Origin: a virus
DNA: 64,000 bases
Virus record (IMG/VR): IMGVR_UViG_3300045988_042432
Strand: one strand, 5' to 3'
Part shown: positions 35,234 through 45,200 of the stretch, piece by piece
Layout of the letters: the number at the start of each line of letters is the position of its first letter
Position numbering within the stretch: position 1 is the first letter of the stretch
Notes under the pieces: generated by a model
The model's database searches: none
Seen by the model: only the letters and a program-made list of their open reading frames with translations
Told to the model about the DNA's origin: nothing
Position numbers and translations under genes: made by a program

Positions 35234-38200
35234 TTACTCTGTATCTTCTTTAACTGTGTCAGCTGCTAATTTAGCTATATTCTTTAGTTCAGTAGTAGCT
35301 CCCTTGAAAGTTCTACCGAATCCTGTAGTTCCCATAAAGTATTGAGATAGAGTCTTATCTCCAAATGCAAATTCATAGGTATTATTGAACACCGTGCTAA
35401 GATATCCAATAGATACAGGTTCCGAATTATTAACTAAGCTCAACATAGTGTTGATAGGAGTTACATCGCCAAATGAATTGGTAAATCCTCTCTGGAATAG
35501 ACTAAACACTGTATCTTCCATAGCCCTAGACATAGTAGGATTTAATGGGTCTCTATCTTCCTCTCTGGCTTCAGCCCACAACCTTATTAGATACTGACCT
35601 AGAGCTCCTAATAACAACCACAGCATTAAGTCATGTCCTAATCTCTTTAAATTAGATTTCTTGACACCAGTATCTTCGTTCCATATGTTGTCTCTGACTC
35701 CTTTAAGCCCTCCGGATTTAAATTCCCTCCAGGCATCTTTAAGGGTGTAAAAGATTCCCTCTAGGTATCTGTCAGCCCAAGTTTCTACCGGCACTCCTGT
35801 ATTCTCTGTAGTTACTATAGTTTTAGTTTCTCCATTATCGTCTACTATATCCTTGTACCATAGGAGGTCTCCATTATCATTTTTAGCCTGAACTCTACCT
35901 GCCAGTCCATAGTTCTTTGGTTCTAGTAAATAAGCATTCCTGGTTGCGGACAAGAATGTTTTAAATTGACCAAGCAACGCTCCCATAAAGGTCTTCTCGG
36001 CCTGCATTCTTCCGTCATGGTCATAATAACCATAAACTAAATCTGATAAAGTTTTAATAGCAAGTACTTCGTCCTGTGTATAAGCAAATGGTAATGCATC
36101 ACCTTCTTTTAGATTCAGACCTTCAGTTTCATTGAAAGATTTCATCATAGATAGATACAGACCTCTTTGCTTATTGTAGTCTGGATTACTCTTATTGCCA
36201 GAAGCATAAGCAGCTAACCGCTTGTCTTTCTTCCAATCATACTTTAATCCATCCTTAGTCATTTCTATAGCATCCCAAGTCCCATCATGTAGACTTTGAG
36301 CTATAAACATGGTCATTCTATTATAGTAATCCGGTGCTGTAGTAAACCAATAAGTATACCTGGATAGATTAGACAATCCTGACTTGTTACTTACTAACCT
36401 CTGTGACAATTTATTCATATCAAAATCAGCGAGTCTCATTCTAGCATTAAGAGCCTCTATCTTAGTGACTCTTGATAAAAAGTCAGGCCCGTCTTTCATG
36501 ATAATAGCTCCAGCCTGTAGTAATTCCTTATAAGTAAATTTCTCTCCAGTGTAATACATTTTACTAAAGGCCATTGCAGAGTTCTTCCACATTCCGTCAA
36601 ATACATCTCTGACTGCACCAGTAACATTAAATGCCAACAGTCCGAAGGATGCTAATCTCTTAATAGGACCCACAGCTTGATATAGCTGTTTACCTTCCTC
36701 ACTAATAATGGACTGGTTAAATACTGCAATTTTAAGGTAATTATCCATTGTCTCATTAAACACTGTTAAATCAACACCAGTTTCTTTAGCATAGTTAAGA
36801 GCTAATAGTTTAATTGCTTTAATTGCCGGGAGCACATCATCAAAGGCATCTTTGCGTTCTGCGGCGAACACATAGCTAGTTACTAATGATTCCAAATTAC
36901 GTTCCCAGAAATCAGAATTGTATTGTGCTAGTAATGCCTGTCTAGCATCTTCACTAGATTCAGAAATGTTAAACCTATTATACATTTCATATCTAGTAAT
37001 CATGTCAGACTTAGCTGTGTATTCTTCCTCCGAATATGCATCATTCTCTTCCCTATTCCAGAAGTCTTTAAACTTCATGGTAACATCTTTAGTTTCTTGG
37101 CTAGCCCATTTAGCAATTCCCATTTGCAATATCTTATTATTGGTCTGTTGCAATGGTACCCAGAACCATTTGTCTTGTTTCTTTAATTGTGCCACTTCTG
37201 GGTCAGATTCTGACTTGCCTTCCAGATTAAATCTGTACTTGTTGATATCCCATAATATCTTCTTCAGGAATCTTCTTTCTTCGGATGATAGTGGAGTATT
37301 ATTATCGTAAGGATTAGCAAACAGCATTTGCTCATTTAGAGACCCGTCTGGATTTCTTCTAAACATATTATCATATATTTTAGTCTGGTCTCCTATTACT
37401 AAATTTCTGGCGTTTGAGTATCCCTTGTCCTTCCATAAGGCTTTAACGTAGTCGTTAAAGAATGGATAGTAATATTCTTCAGTCTTCCTAGTAACTCCGT
37501 CAAATGCCTTTCTTACTAATTTAACAGCTTGTCTAATATTATTCTCTGGAATTAGTTCAGGGTTAGTATCCATACCTCCTGATAATGGAGCTCCTTTACG
37601 AGTATATCTTCCCATCTTCTCCGGCTGTGTAAATGGAATATCTCTATAATAAAGCATCGCTCCTAGAACTGCTTTATAGAATCTTTCTATACCAGTATTA
37701 GAGTTCTCTTTCATTATATCCTCCACTGATGCTTTCTCAAGGATAGTTGGGAATGAAGTATACAACGTTTTGGCTATATCTTCTAACCTGTCGGCTGTAG
37801 CAGCTTTATCGTTTGCATTTATGTCAAATAATACCTTACGTACTTTAGTGTTTAATTCTTGCTGGGTTCTAGGAGTAGCATCTGGTCTACTCATAAGTGC
37901 TAAGAACTCTCCTTTTAAAACCTCAAGCTCATCCATAAATGTAACTTGATTAAGTCTATTAGTCACTCCAGTCTCCTTTGCTAATAAGTTGAACGTCTCT
38001 CTTATACTTCTCATATTAGCTATAGTAGCTGTAGATGTATCTGCATTTAAGACCTTAAATGTTCCAATCCTAAACACATCTCCAAAGACTTCTGGCATCT
38101 CATTAATAGCTGCCATAATCTTCATCAACTCTATATTACCACTAGTGGCTCTTAATAGCCAAGGGTTATTCATGGCATATGCGTCTTTCTCATAATCTCC

Positions 38201-39805
38201 TAACATAGTAGTTCCTAAAGACAGTGGTATGATAGTATTTAAATCATGTTTACTAAGTGCCACAAAATCCACCTGCTTAGTAATAACATTATGAATAGCT
38301 ATAATTCCCAGCTGTTTAAGATTCTCCATATCAACCACTTCCCAACCAGGGTCGTTTACATACTTCTGAAATGTGCTCACCACAAAAGCTGTAGTCTTAA
38401 ACCCTGAAGGTGGTACGATTTGGTCTAAAGGTTTATAACCCTTTAAAGCCTTGTCCAAATCATATATAAATGCCTGTCTCTTCTCTGCAAAGATTCTATC
38501 CCTTTTCTTCAAGTATTCTTCAACCTTTTGTCTAAGTTCCTCATTAACAGCTTTATCAGCTGTATCTTTAATATAGATAGGTTTACTATGATTGTAATAA
38601 TCACTAAAGTACCACCTTCCTTCTGAAGGATGTGGTGAATCATGTACTTGAGTTTGAATAAACGAATCTACGTCTATTCTATCCATTCTACTCTGTAATT
38701 TAGGATTGGGAATAAACTTTGATAAAGTGTTAAGCACTCCGTCCTTAATAGGATGTCCTACAGTCTCGTCAGTAATCCTTACAGGTATTATGTTACTAAT
38801 ATTTGAATAATATTCTCCTACTCCCCAAGCTAATCTATTAACAGCTGAAGATGTGTCTTTCTTCCTGTCTTGTACTGCCTCAAACTGAACGTCTGTTAAA
38901 GGACCCTCATCTAGGCCTTCTATTTTCATTGGAATTATATTAAGTTCCATATTTCTTACTGGGATTCCCTTAGAAGCTAGCATCTGCCTATAGAATCCCA
39001 ATTGATAGTCATATTTAGATGCTTTAGCCGCATCCCAGTCGTTAGAAATTTTAGTAGAACTTTTAAATAAATACAAATGAGGTTGTCCTTCTTCATCTAC
39101 AACTATTAAGTCTATAGAACCTACTAGTTTAAGTCCGTCGTTTGTGTTAGCATCAACCAGAAATTGAGACATTATTTTAGCACCTTTACCATGAGCTCTA
39201 TATAGCTCACTTTTAAGTGTTTCTAAATTATCATACAATGATTTAATAACAGCTTCGTTGTATTGCATTCCATATTTCTTAGTCAGGGCTTCTAAGTCAT
39301 AATGCCCTGCAAAGTAGTCTCCAATCATAGAATGTATATCAATACCAGTTTCAGCTATTCTATCCCACATCTCTAACGTTTGGTCTACTCTAGCATGTGC
39401 TTCTTCTCTACTAATCTTCTCCTTATCCATTAATTCAGTAACAGTTCTGCCTCTCCAATTAGTAACATTAAAGGGCTGAATTAATGCGCCTTCACCGTCA
39501 CCAGACCTTCCTTTCTCTAAGAAATCTGTAACGGACATATTACCGTCAGAAGCAGTATAACTTATATCTCCCCCAGTTAAATCTACTCCGTCTTCTCTAA
39601 GTCTAGCTTCACTTCTGATACCTCTTAGTTTAGCTACTATTTCAGCTTGCTTAGTGTCCTGACTAAGTACGATATCAGATATAAGACCATATTCTATCTG
39701 ATTCTTATGTGCTATCAAGAAGTCAAATAGGTCTGCATAGTTGTTATTACCCTCCCCAAATTGTACTACTTGACCATTTATATTTAAACTATATGAACAA
39801 GCCAT
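35234..39805 (-). CDS. giant virion/ejected protein (1523 aa) with an N-terminal RecB-like nuclease motif set and a C-terminal hydrophobic helix
   Basis: ATG at 39805 (TAATG overlap with the upstream gene; the track start is a TTG). 'GSIDLIVVDEEGQPHLYLFKSS' then 'YDYQLGFYRQM'. A hydrophobic helix, 'LMLWLLLGALGQYLIRLW', lies near the C-terminus. Confidence 0.8.
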   Translation of the reverse strand: MACSYSLNINGQVVQFGEGNNNYADLFDFLIAHKNQIEYGLISDIVLSQDTKQAEIVAKLRGIRSEARLREDGVDLTGGDISYTASDGNMSVTDFLEKGRSGDGEGALIQPFNVTNWRGRTVTELMDKEKISREEAHARVDQTLEMWDRIAETGIDIHSMIGDYFAGHYDLEALTKKYGMQYNEAVIKSLYDNLETLKSELYRAHGKGAKIMSQFLVDANTNDGLKLVGSIDLIVVDEEGQPHLYLFKSSTKISNDWDAAKASKYDYQLGFYRQMLASKGIPVRNMELNIIPMKIEGLDEGPLTDVQFEAVQDRKKDTSSAVNRLAWGVGEYYSNISNIIPVRITDETVGHPIKDGVLNTLSKFIPNPKLQSRMDRIDVDSFIQTQVHDSPHPSEGRWYFSDYYNHSKPIYIKDTADKAVNEELRQKVEEYLKKRDRIFAEKRQAFIYDLDKALKGYKPLDQIVPPSGFKTTAFVVSTFQKYVNDPGWEVVDMENLKQLGIIAIHNVITKQVDFVALSKHDLNTIIPLSLGTTMLGDYEKDAYAMNNPWLLRATSGNIELMKIMAAINEMPEVFGDVFRIGTFKVLNADTSTATIANMRSIRETFNLLAKETGVTNRLNQVTFMDELEVLKGEFLALMSRPDATPRTQQELNTKVRKVLFDINANDKAATADRLEDIAKTLYTSFPTILEKASVEDIMKENSNTGIERFYKAVLGAMLYYRDIPFTQPEKMGRYTRKGAPLSGGMDTNPELIPENNIRQAVKLVRKAFDGVTRKTEEYYYPFFNDYVKALWKDKGYSNARNLVIGDQTKIYDNMFRRNPDGSLNEQMLFANPYDNNTPLSSEERRFLKKILWDINKYRFNLEGKSESDPEVAQLKKQDKWFWVPLQQTNNKILQMGIAKWASQETKDVTMKFKDFWNREENDAYSEEEYTAKSDMITRYEMYNRFNISESSEDARQALLAQYNSDFWERNLESLVTSYVFAAERKDAFDDVLPAIKAIKLLALNYAKETGVDLTVFNETMDNYLKIAVFNQSIISEEGKQLYQAVGPIKRLASFGLLAFNVTGAVRDVFDGMWKNSAMAFSKMYYTGEKFTYKELLQAGAIIMKDGPDFLSRVTKIEALNARMRLADFDMNKLSQRLVSNKSGLSNLSRYTYWFTTAPDYYNRMTMFIAQSLHDGTWDAIEMTKDGLKYDWKKDKRLAAYASGNKSNPDYNKQRGLYLSMMKSFNETEGLNLKEGDALPFAYTQDEVLAIKTLSDLVYGYYDHDGRMQAEKTFMGALLGQFKTFLSATRNAYLLEPKNYGLAGRVQAKNDNGDLLWYKDIVDDNGETKTIVTTENTGVPVETWADRYLEGIFYTLKDAWREFKSGGLKGVRDNIWNEDTGVKKSNLKRLGHDLMLWLLLGALGQYLIRLWAEAREEDRDPLNPTMSRAMEDTVFSLFQRGFTNSFGDVTPINTMLSLVNNSEPVSIGYLSTVFNNTYEFAFGDKTLSQYFMGTTGFGRTFKGATTELKNIAKLAADTVKEDTE

Positions 39806-42219
39806 TAGCAATTCTCCTTTAAGTTACCACTCTTTATTAATTTCTGAATTAAATTAGTTATAGTACGGGATTCAGAAGCTAAGTTCATATCAAAACCTGC
39901 TGCTAAATCGTTGTTAATAAGTGCACTACCAAATTCAGACATAATATTATCTATAGACATATTAAGAAGTCTTCCTAACTTCTCATTCTTAATATCATCA
40001 CTAGTTTGGAATGTCTTTTGAGTCTTCTCTTTAAATATTCTCCCCATTTCCTCTAGTGAAGCTTCTTTACCTTCAAACCAAGGCTCTGCGATTCTAGCGA
40101 AGTAATTACCAAACTCTGTAACAAATATCTCCTCATTCAAGTCAGGAACAGCTCTAGTATCTCCTATCATCCTAAATGCTTCTAGTTTATCATCATAGTT
40201 CGCCAGAGACTCCACCTGTTCAACTAGCCCATAGTAAAGACCTGGATTAGTCCTCTTCATAGAACCCATAATTAAATGTGCAAACTCATGCAGTGAATCA
40301 GCTGTAGTAGCTCTGTCTACATTTAGATAGACTTCTCCATTATAAATAAATGCATTAGTTCTTCCAGCATTAGGAATCACTCCTCTGAATTTAGAAGCTA
40401 TCTCTCTAGCAGTAACTACGTTAACATTAATGCCATAGTTCTTACTAAGGTGATTGGCTATCTCTACCATTTCACTTTTAAATGACCTGGGTACTTTCTT
40501 GTGAACTGGTACACTTCTTTCTGATTCTAGCTTTCTGAATGAGTATTTGTCCCCATTTGCCCCAGTTACTTCATATACAGATTCGGTAGCATTCTGAATT
40601 GTATTTAAAGCTTCTGTCATTAATTGCAGCTCATAGTCTAGTTTGTCTTGAGTTAGCATACTAGGTACTTTACTGTTATATAGAGAAGCATGAATGTCTG
40701 GGTCTCTTAATTGATTCTTTAATAAGAAGAAAGTCTCCAATTTCTCTTGAGTGTTAAGTATAGATTCTATATTAAGTCCCTGCTCTTTAAGTATGCCAAT
40801 TAGTTTCTTATATTGGGGCTTCTTATTAAGCTCTGATATGAAGTTGTTAAAAGTAATACTCTTAACTAAATCCTTATCATTGTATAGCTTTATGTTATCA
40901 TTTAGTTCTATATCCAAAACGGAGAATCTGTCTCCAATTTGTAAAGATTGATGACTTTGTATTGCTAAACTTCCATTTTTGAGTTTACTAGTAACCGATT
41001 TCAAATCTATAGGTCTGTCTAATAGTTTATTGGCAATACTTCTAGCATATTTGAGATTATCTACTCCTGCTCCTTTCAGCCCGTCTGAAGTTGTAACAAT
41101 CCTACTGTCTATATAATATCTGTCATTATATTTAGCGATGTTATAACCCCCTACAGTTTCAATAGGCTCTATTAACTCTCCAGAGTATTCTGTGTTAACT
41201 ATAGTCTTGTCAAACTCCGGCTGCTTAAACGTATTTCTTAATAATATTCCCCCATCACTTATAAATGCAATGTCTAAGAACTTCTCATTGTCAATTTTAT
41301 TATTCAAGTCTTGTATAGTAGATACTATAGATTCATCAGACAGTTCTCCGTAGCTATAAGCATCCATAAAGTCTTGCATATCTTTCTTAGATATACGTAA
41401 GTAGTTCCCAGATACTTCTGCTCTATCTACTAGTGCTTGAACTGTAATATCTGAATAAGAAGGAATTTCAGTAGTAGGAGTACCTATTATTTGATTAAAC
41501 AGCTCATTAAATTTACTAACAAGCCCATTCTTATATAATGCATCATTGAAAGTAGCACTAGTATAGAAGTAATTCACAAAAGCAGGTATAACATTACCAT
41601 GAATACTATTGGTGTTAAAGTTATACCCTATATATTTCATGATAGTCTGCACTCTAGATGAAGTATCATTACTTGCAGCTAGCATTTTTAACGCAGACTC
41701 TATATTCTTGTTTACTTCCTGAACTTGTTCTTTAGGAGCCTTATCTAATACTGTATTCACATATCTTTGCTTTAGATAGGTCTCTATATATTCTTCTTTA
41801 GGCTTAATAACTGCCAAACTGCCACTAGTGTCTCTAAATATACCATAATTGGTATTCCAAGCAAGGCTAAATCTAGCATTAGTGAGTAGTATATTATTCC
41901 TATTTAAGTCCTCACCTTCCCCTTGCAACTTGTCTACTAAGTAGGTAATATTTGGAGTTGGGAACTCATTTTTAATTGTATTTAAATTATAATTACCAAT
42001 TGGTAATCCGTCCTTGCCAAGATTCTTGGAATCCAAAGCTGTAATAGGAAATCCTCCTGAATTTACTGCATTAATAAAATCATTATAACTCTCTACATTT
42101 CCCATTAATGCTCCTATTGCATCTTCTAAAGACATTTCACTAACGTCAGGAACCTCTAGCTTAAATAAGCTAGGGGCTCCCTCGTTAGAATGTACTAAAA
42201 ATTCTACTGTACAACTCAT
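39805..42219 (-). CDS. virion-associated protein (804 aa) with HExxH zincin motif
   Basis: 'SLHEFAHLIMGS' (HExxH encoded at 40276-40290) in the C-terminal third. Confidence 0.8.
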   Translation of the reverse strand: MSCTVEFLVHSNEGAPSLFKLEVPDVSEMSLEDAIGALMGNVESYNDFINAVNSGGFPITALDSKNLGKDGLPIGNYNLNTIKNEFPTPNITYLVDKLQGEGEDLNRNNILLTNARFSLAWNTNYGIFRDTSGSLAVIKPKEEYIETYLKQRYVNTVLDKAPKEQVQEVNKNIESALKMLAASNDTSSRVQTIMKYIGYNFNTNSIHGNVIPAFVNYFYTSATFNDALYKNGLVSKFNELFNQIIGTPTTEIPSYSDITVQALVDRAEVSGNYLRISKKDMQDFMDAYSYGELSDESIVSTIQDLNNKIDNEKFLDIAFISDGGILLRNTFKQPEFDKTIVNTEYSGELIEPIETVGGYNIAKYNDRYYIDSRIVTTSDGLKGAGVDNLKYARSIANKLLDRPIDLKSVTSKLKNGSLAIQSHQSLQIGDRFSVLDIELNDNIKLYNDKDLVKSITFNNFISELNKKPQYKKLIGILKEQGLNIESILNTQEKLETFFLLKNQLRDPDIHASLYNSKVPSMLTQDKLDYELQLMTEALNTIQNATESVYEVTGANGDKYSFRKLESERSVPVHKKVPRSFKSEMVEIANHLSKNYGINVNVVTAREIASKFRGVIPNAGRTNAFIYNGEVYLNVDRATTADSLHEFAHLIMGSMKRTNPGLYYGLVEQVESLANYDDKLEAFRMIGDTRAVPDLNEEIFVTEFGNYFARIAEPWFEGKEASLEEMGRIFKEKTQKTFQTSDDIKNEKLGRLLNMSIDNIMSEFGSALINNDLAAGFDMNLASESRTITNLIQKLIKSGNLKENC

Positions 42220-42220
42220 G

Positions 42221-45200
42221 TTAACAATTAATTCTTATTTGTATAGTATTACGCTCCATTAAGCTCTTAATCTTATTAACTATATTCTCCATAGAATCAT
42301 TCCTATTAAGGACTAACTCTTTCATTTTAGCATTCTGATTTGGAGTTCTAATAACGAAGTAATCATCATATAGTCTTCGCATGTCTACATTACTTGGGTC
42401 TGGGATGTCATTTACTTCATAGTAGTCTTCTCCGTCCCTTTCATATAGTTCAAGACGACCTGTTTCTTCATTTCTCATTCTAATATACTTATCTCTAGCT
42501 CTACCCTTAGCACTTTCACTAATAATAGGAGCCATTCTAATGAGTGCATCTTCTAATGAGAATGTGTCCATGTTAACATCCAAATCATAGTCTGATTGTC
42601 CTACATACTTTTGATACTCTATTAGTAAGTCACTAACATCAGTCTTATCAAATGTGTTCAGTAAAGTAGTAAGTCTGTCAGCACCGTACTTATTCTTATT
42701 AACAACTAAGTTATATAAGAAGAACCAGTCAGTAAGAGGTAATCCTTGCAGATTAATTCTCTTCAGTGCTGCAAAATCTTTCTGGTATCTACTGAACATT
42801 GCTTGGTCTGATTCAGTTCTTACGTTCATCATATCAATAGGTAATTTCATATATGTAGTATTACCTCTAGTAAATGGGTCAGTACGTCTGTTCCTACTTA
42901 ATCCTTGCACAAACTGGTTGATTAATAAGGAGCGAACCCTCTTATCTCCAACCATTCCGTTATGAAGTTCCGGAATAACTGTTCTTTCCATCCAGAGTTT
43001 AAAGTTAGCAATTCCATCATTAGTAGCCAAACTAAATACCTCGCCTCCTTCTTTAATATCATGCAGAGTCATATCATTTCCGATATACTTCTGACCCTCA
43101 TCCATTCTGAAGGTAATGTTGCGTTTAGCCAGCCAGCCAGTGATTAGTACATCGTCTACATGCTCACCGAGTGCATTTAATTGCTCTTTAGTAACAGCTC
43201 TACCATATGTAGGATTCTCTTTAATAAGAGCTTCTCTATAGGAATTTACTAGATTAAATTTAGTACTGATATTTACATCAGTTGTATCAGTAAGGTTATA
43301 TACTTCGAACAATGCCTTAAAGTGAGGAATTTTATCAATCATGTCGAATATATTCCAAGTTCCCTTTATTAGATTATAGTAAGCTATGGTTGACTTCTTA
43401 TAACCAGAGTTCATTGGGTCAAGGAATTTCCTCATACTAAATCCTCCATTAGTAATACCTTGTGCAACAGCATCGTTGACTACAGCTCTTACTTGCTCTT
43501 CGGATAGATAAGGCTTATCATTCAGGATGTTCTTAATAACTACTTCCGAGTTATAACCTTTCTCATATTTGTCATCTTTATATAGTTGCTCTCTGCTAGT
43601 AATTGCAGATTCATATGTATTTAACCTGGACATCTTACCTCCTAAATCTGTAGGCATACCTTGATTTAGTCCGTAGAATCTTCCTAACAGTTCTGTCTCT
43701 CTAGCATTTCTATTTACCTTCTTAAATTCGGCAAATCTGTCCATGTCCAACCTATTTTTCATCTTCTGTAGGTACTTATATTCTTCCAAGAATCTGTGTT
43801 CTCTATAAGATACAGCTGGGAATATATCATCAATAGAATCACCTTCTGCAAACCTATCTTTGATAGCTTGAATCCAATTACCTCTCTTATCGAACGCTTC
43901 CTCTCCAGAGTCAAGTAGTTTCTCTTGCACTCTTTTGAAGAAGTTACCTAAAGAAGTAGAATCGAAGTAGTTTCTAATATTAGGGCCTTCTTCCAATGCT
44001 CTAACTACAGAGTCTACTGATGCATGGTCATGATATTCATCAAATACATTTACCTTCATTAAGTCATTTACAGTTTGTACTGTCGGGCTTGTCATGAATT
44101 TAGCGATATCATTAAAACTGAATCCTAACATAATCATATGTAAGTACATACCAGCTAGATTAGGACCTGCATTAATTTTAGAAAGAATCAACTCTTTAGC
44201 ATTATCAGTAGCAGCTGACAGTAATGCAGAAATTACTAATGACTGGTCTGGTTGCATACCTAATTGCTCTTGAACTACTCTAGCTACATCCTCCGGTGAC
44301 AATTGCTGTTCTACAGCTCTGACTATTAAATTTCTCCAATAATCTTTCTTAACTGCCAAATCATCGAAGTTAACGTTGGCCATTATGTTTCTTAGAGTAG
44401 GTACTGTTATAGGTTTACCATTCTCACTTAACATTGTTTGAATGCCTTCAAATCTAGTGGAGAAAAACATGTTGTCTAACCAATCCTGGTCTCCATTTCT
44501 AACGCCTTCATTGAAATAGTAACAGTTGGCAAAGAATACTTTCTCACCTACAGCTGCAATACCAATTACCTGTTTACCGTCCATATTCTGCATCTGCATT
44601 ACCCATTTGGATGAGGGTGATGTCATGGTAATCTTATTAGCTTCTTGTCCAGATGCTGATTCCTTAGCTGCCCTTTGTGGGTCTCCCATTTCAATAGGAG
44701 AATAAGCCTGGTTCATATTCTTCAAATTCTGGATAATATTGCTAATTTTAGATGATACAGAGTTTCTAAATGCAGGAAGTAAGTTGCTTCTTCTAATCTT
44801 CTGTCTACCATTTCTAGCTTTCTTTCCATTCTCATCAAATTCTTCAGTCATATACATAGTATGATTGTTAATTCTATTAAGAATGAAATTAGCATTATCG
44901 GTGTCAACTTCACCTGAATATGTTAATATTCTAGCATCATCAATAGCGTTAAGCATCTCTGCTATTACTGAAACAGACTCTGGATTATAGAAGTTCTCCT
45001 TGTTAAGTTGGTTTAGATAGTTAGTAATGTCTACTCCACCGCTTCCGTATGCGTATAACTTACCATTAGGAGTAGGTAGCATTTCGGATGCTTTGAGTGA
45101 CTCGATACTATTAAAATTAAAATATGGAGACCAGCCTACATAATGTCCGCTGGTATCAAAATCATAACCCATAATATAAGCCTTGTCAATATCATAGTCA

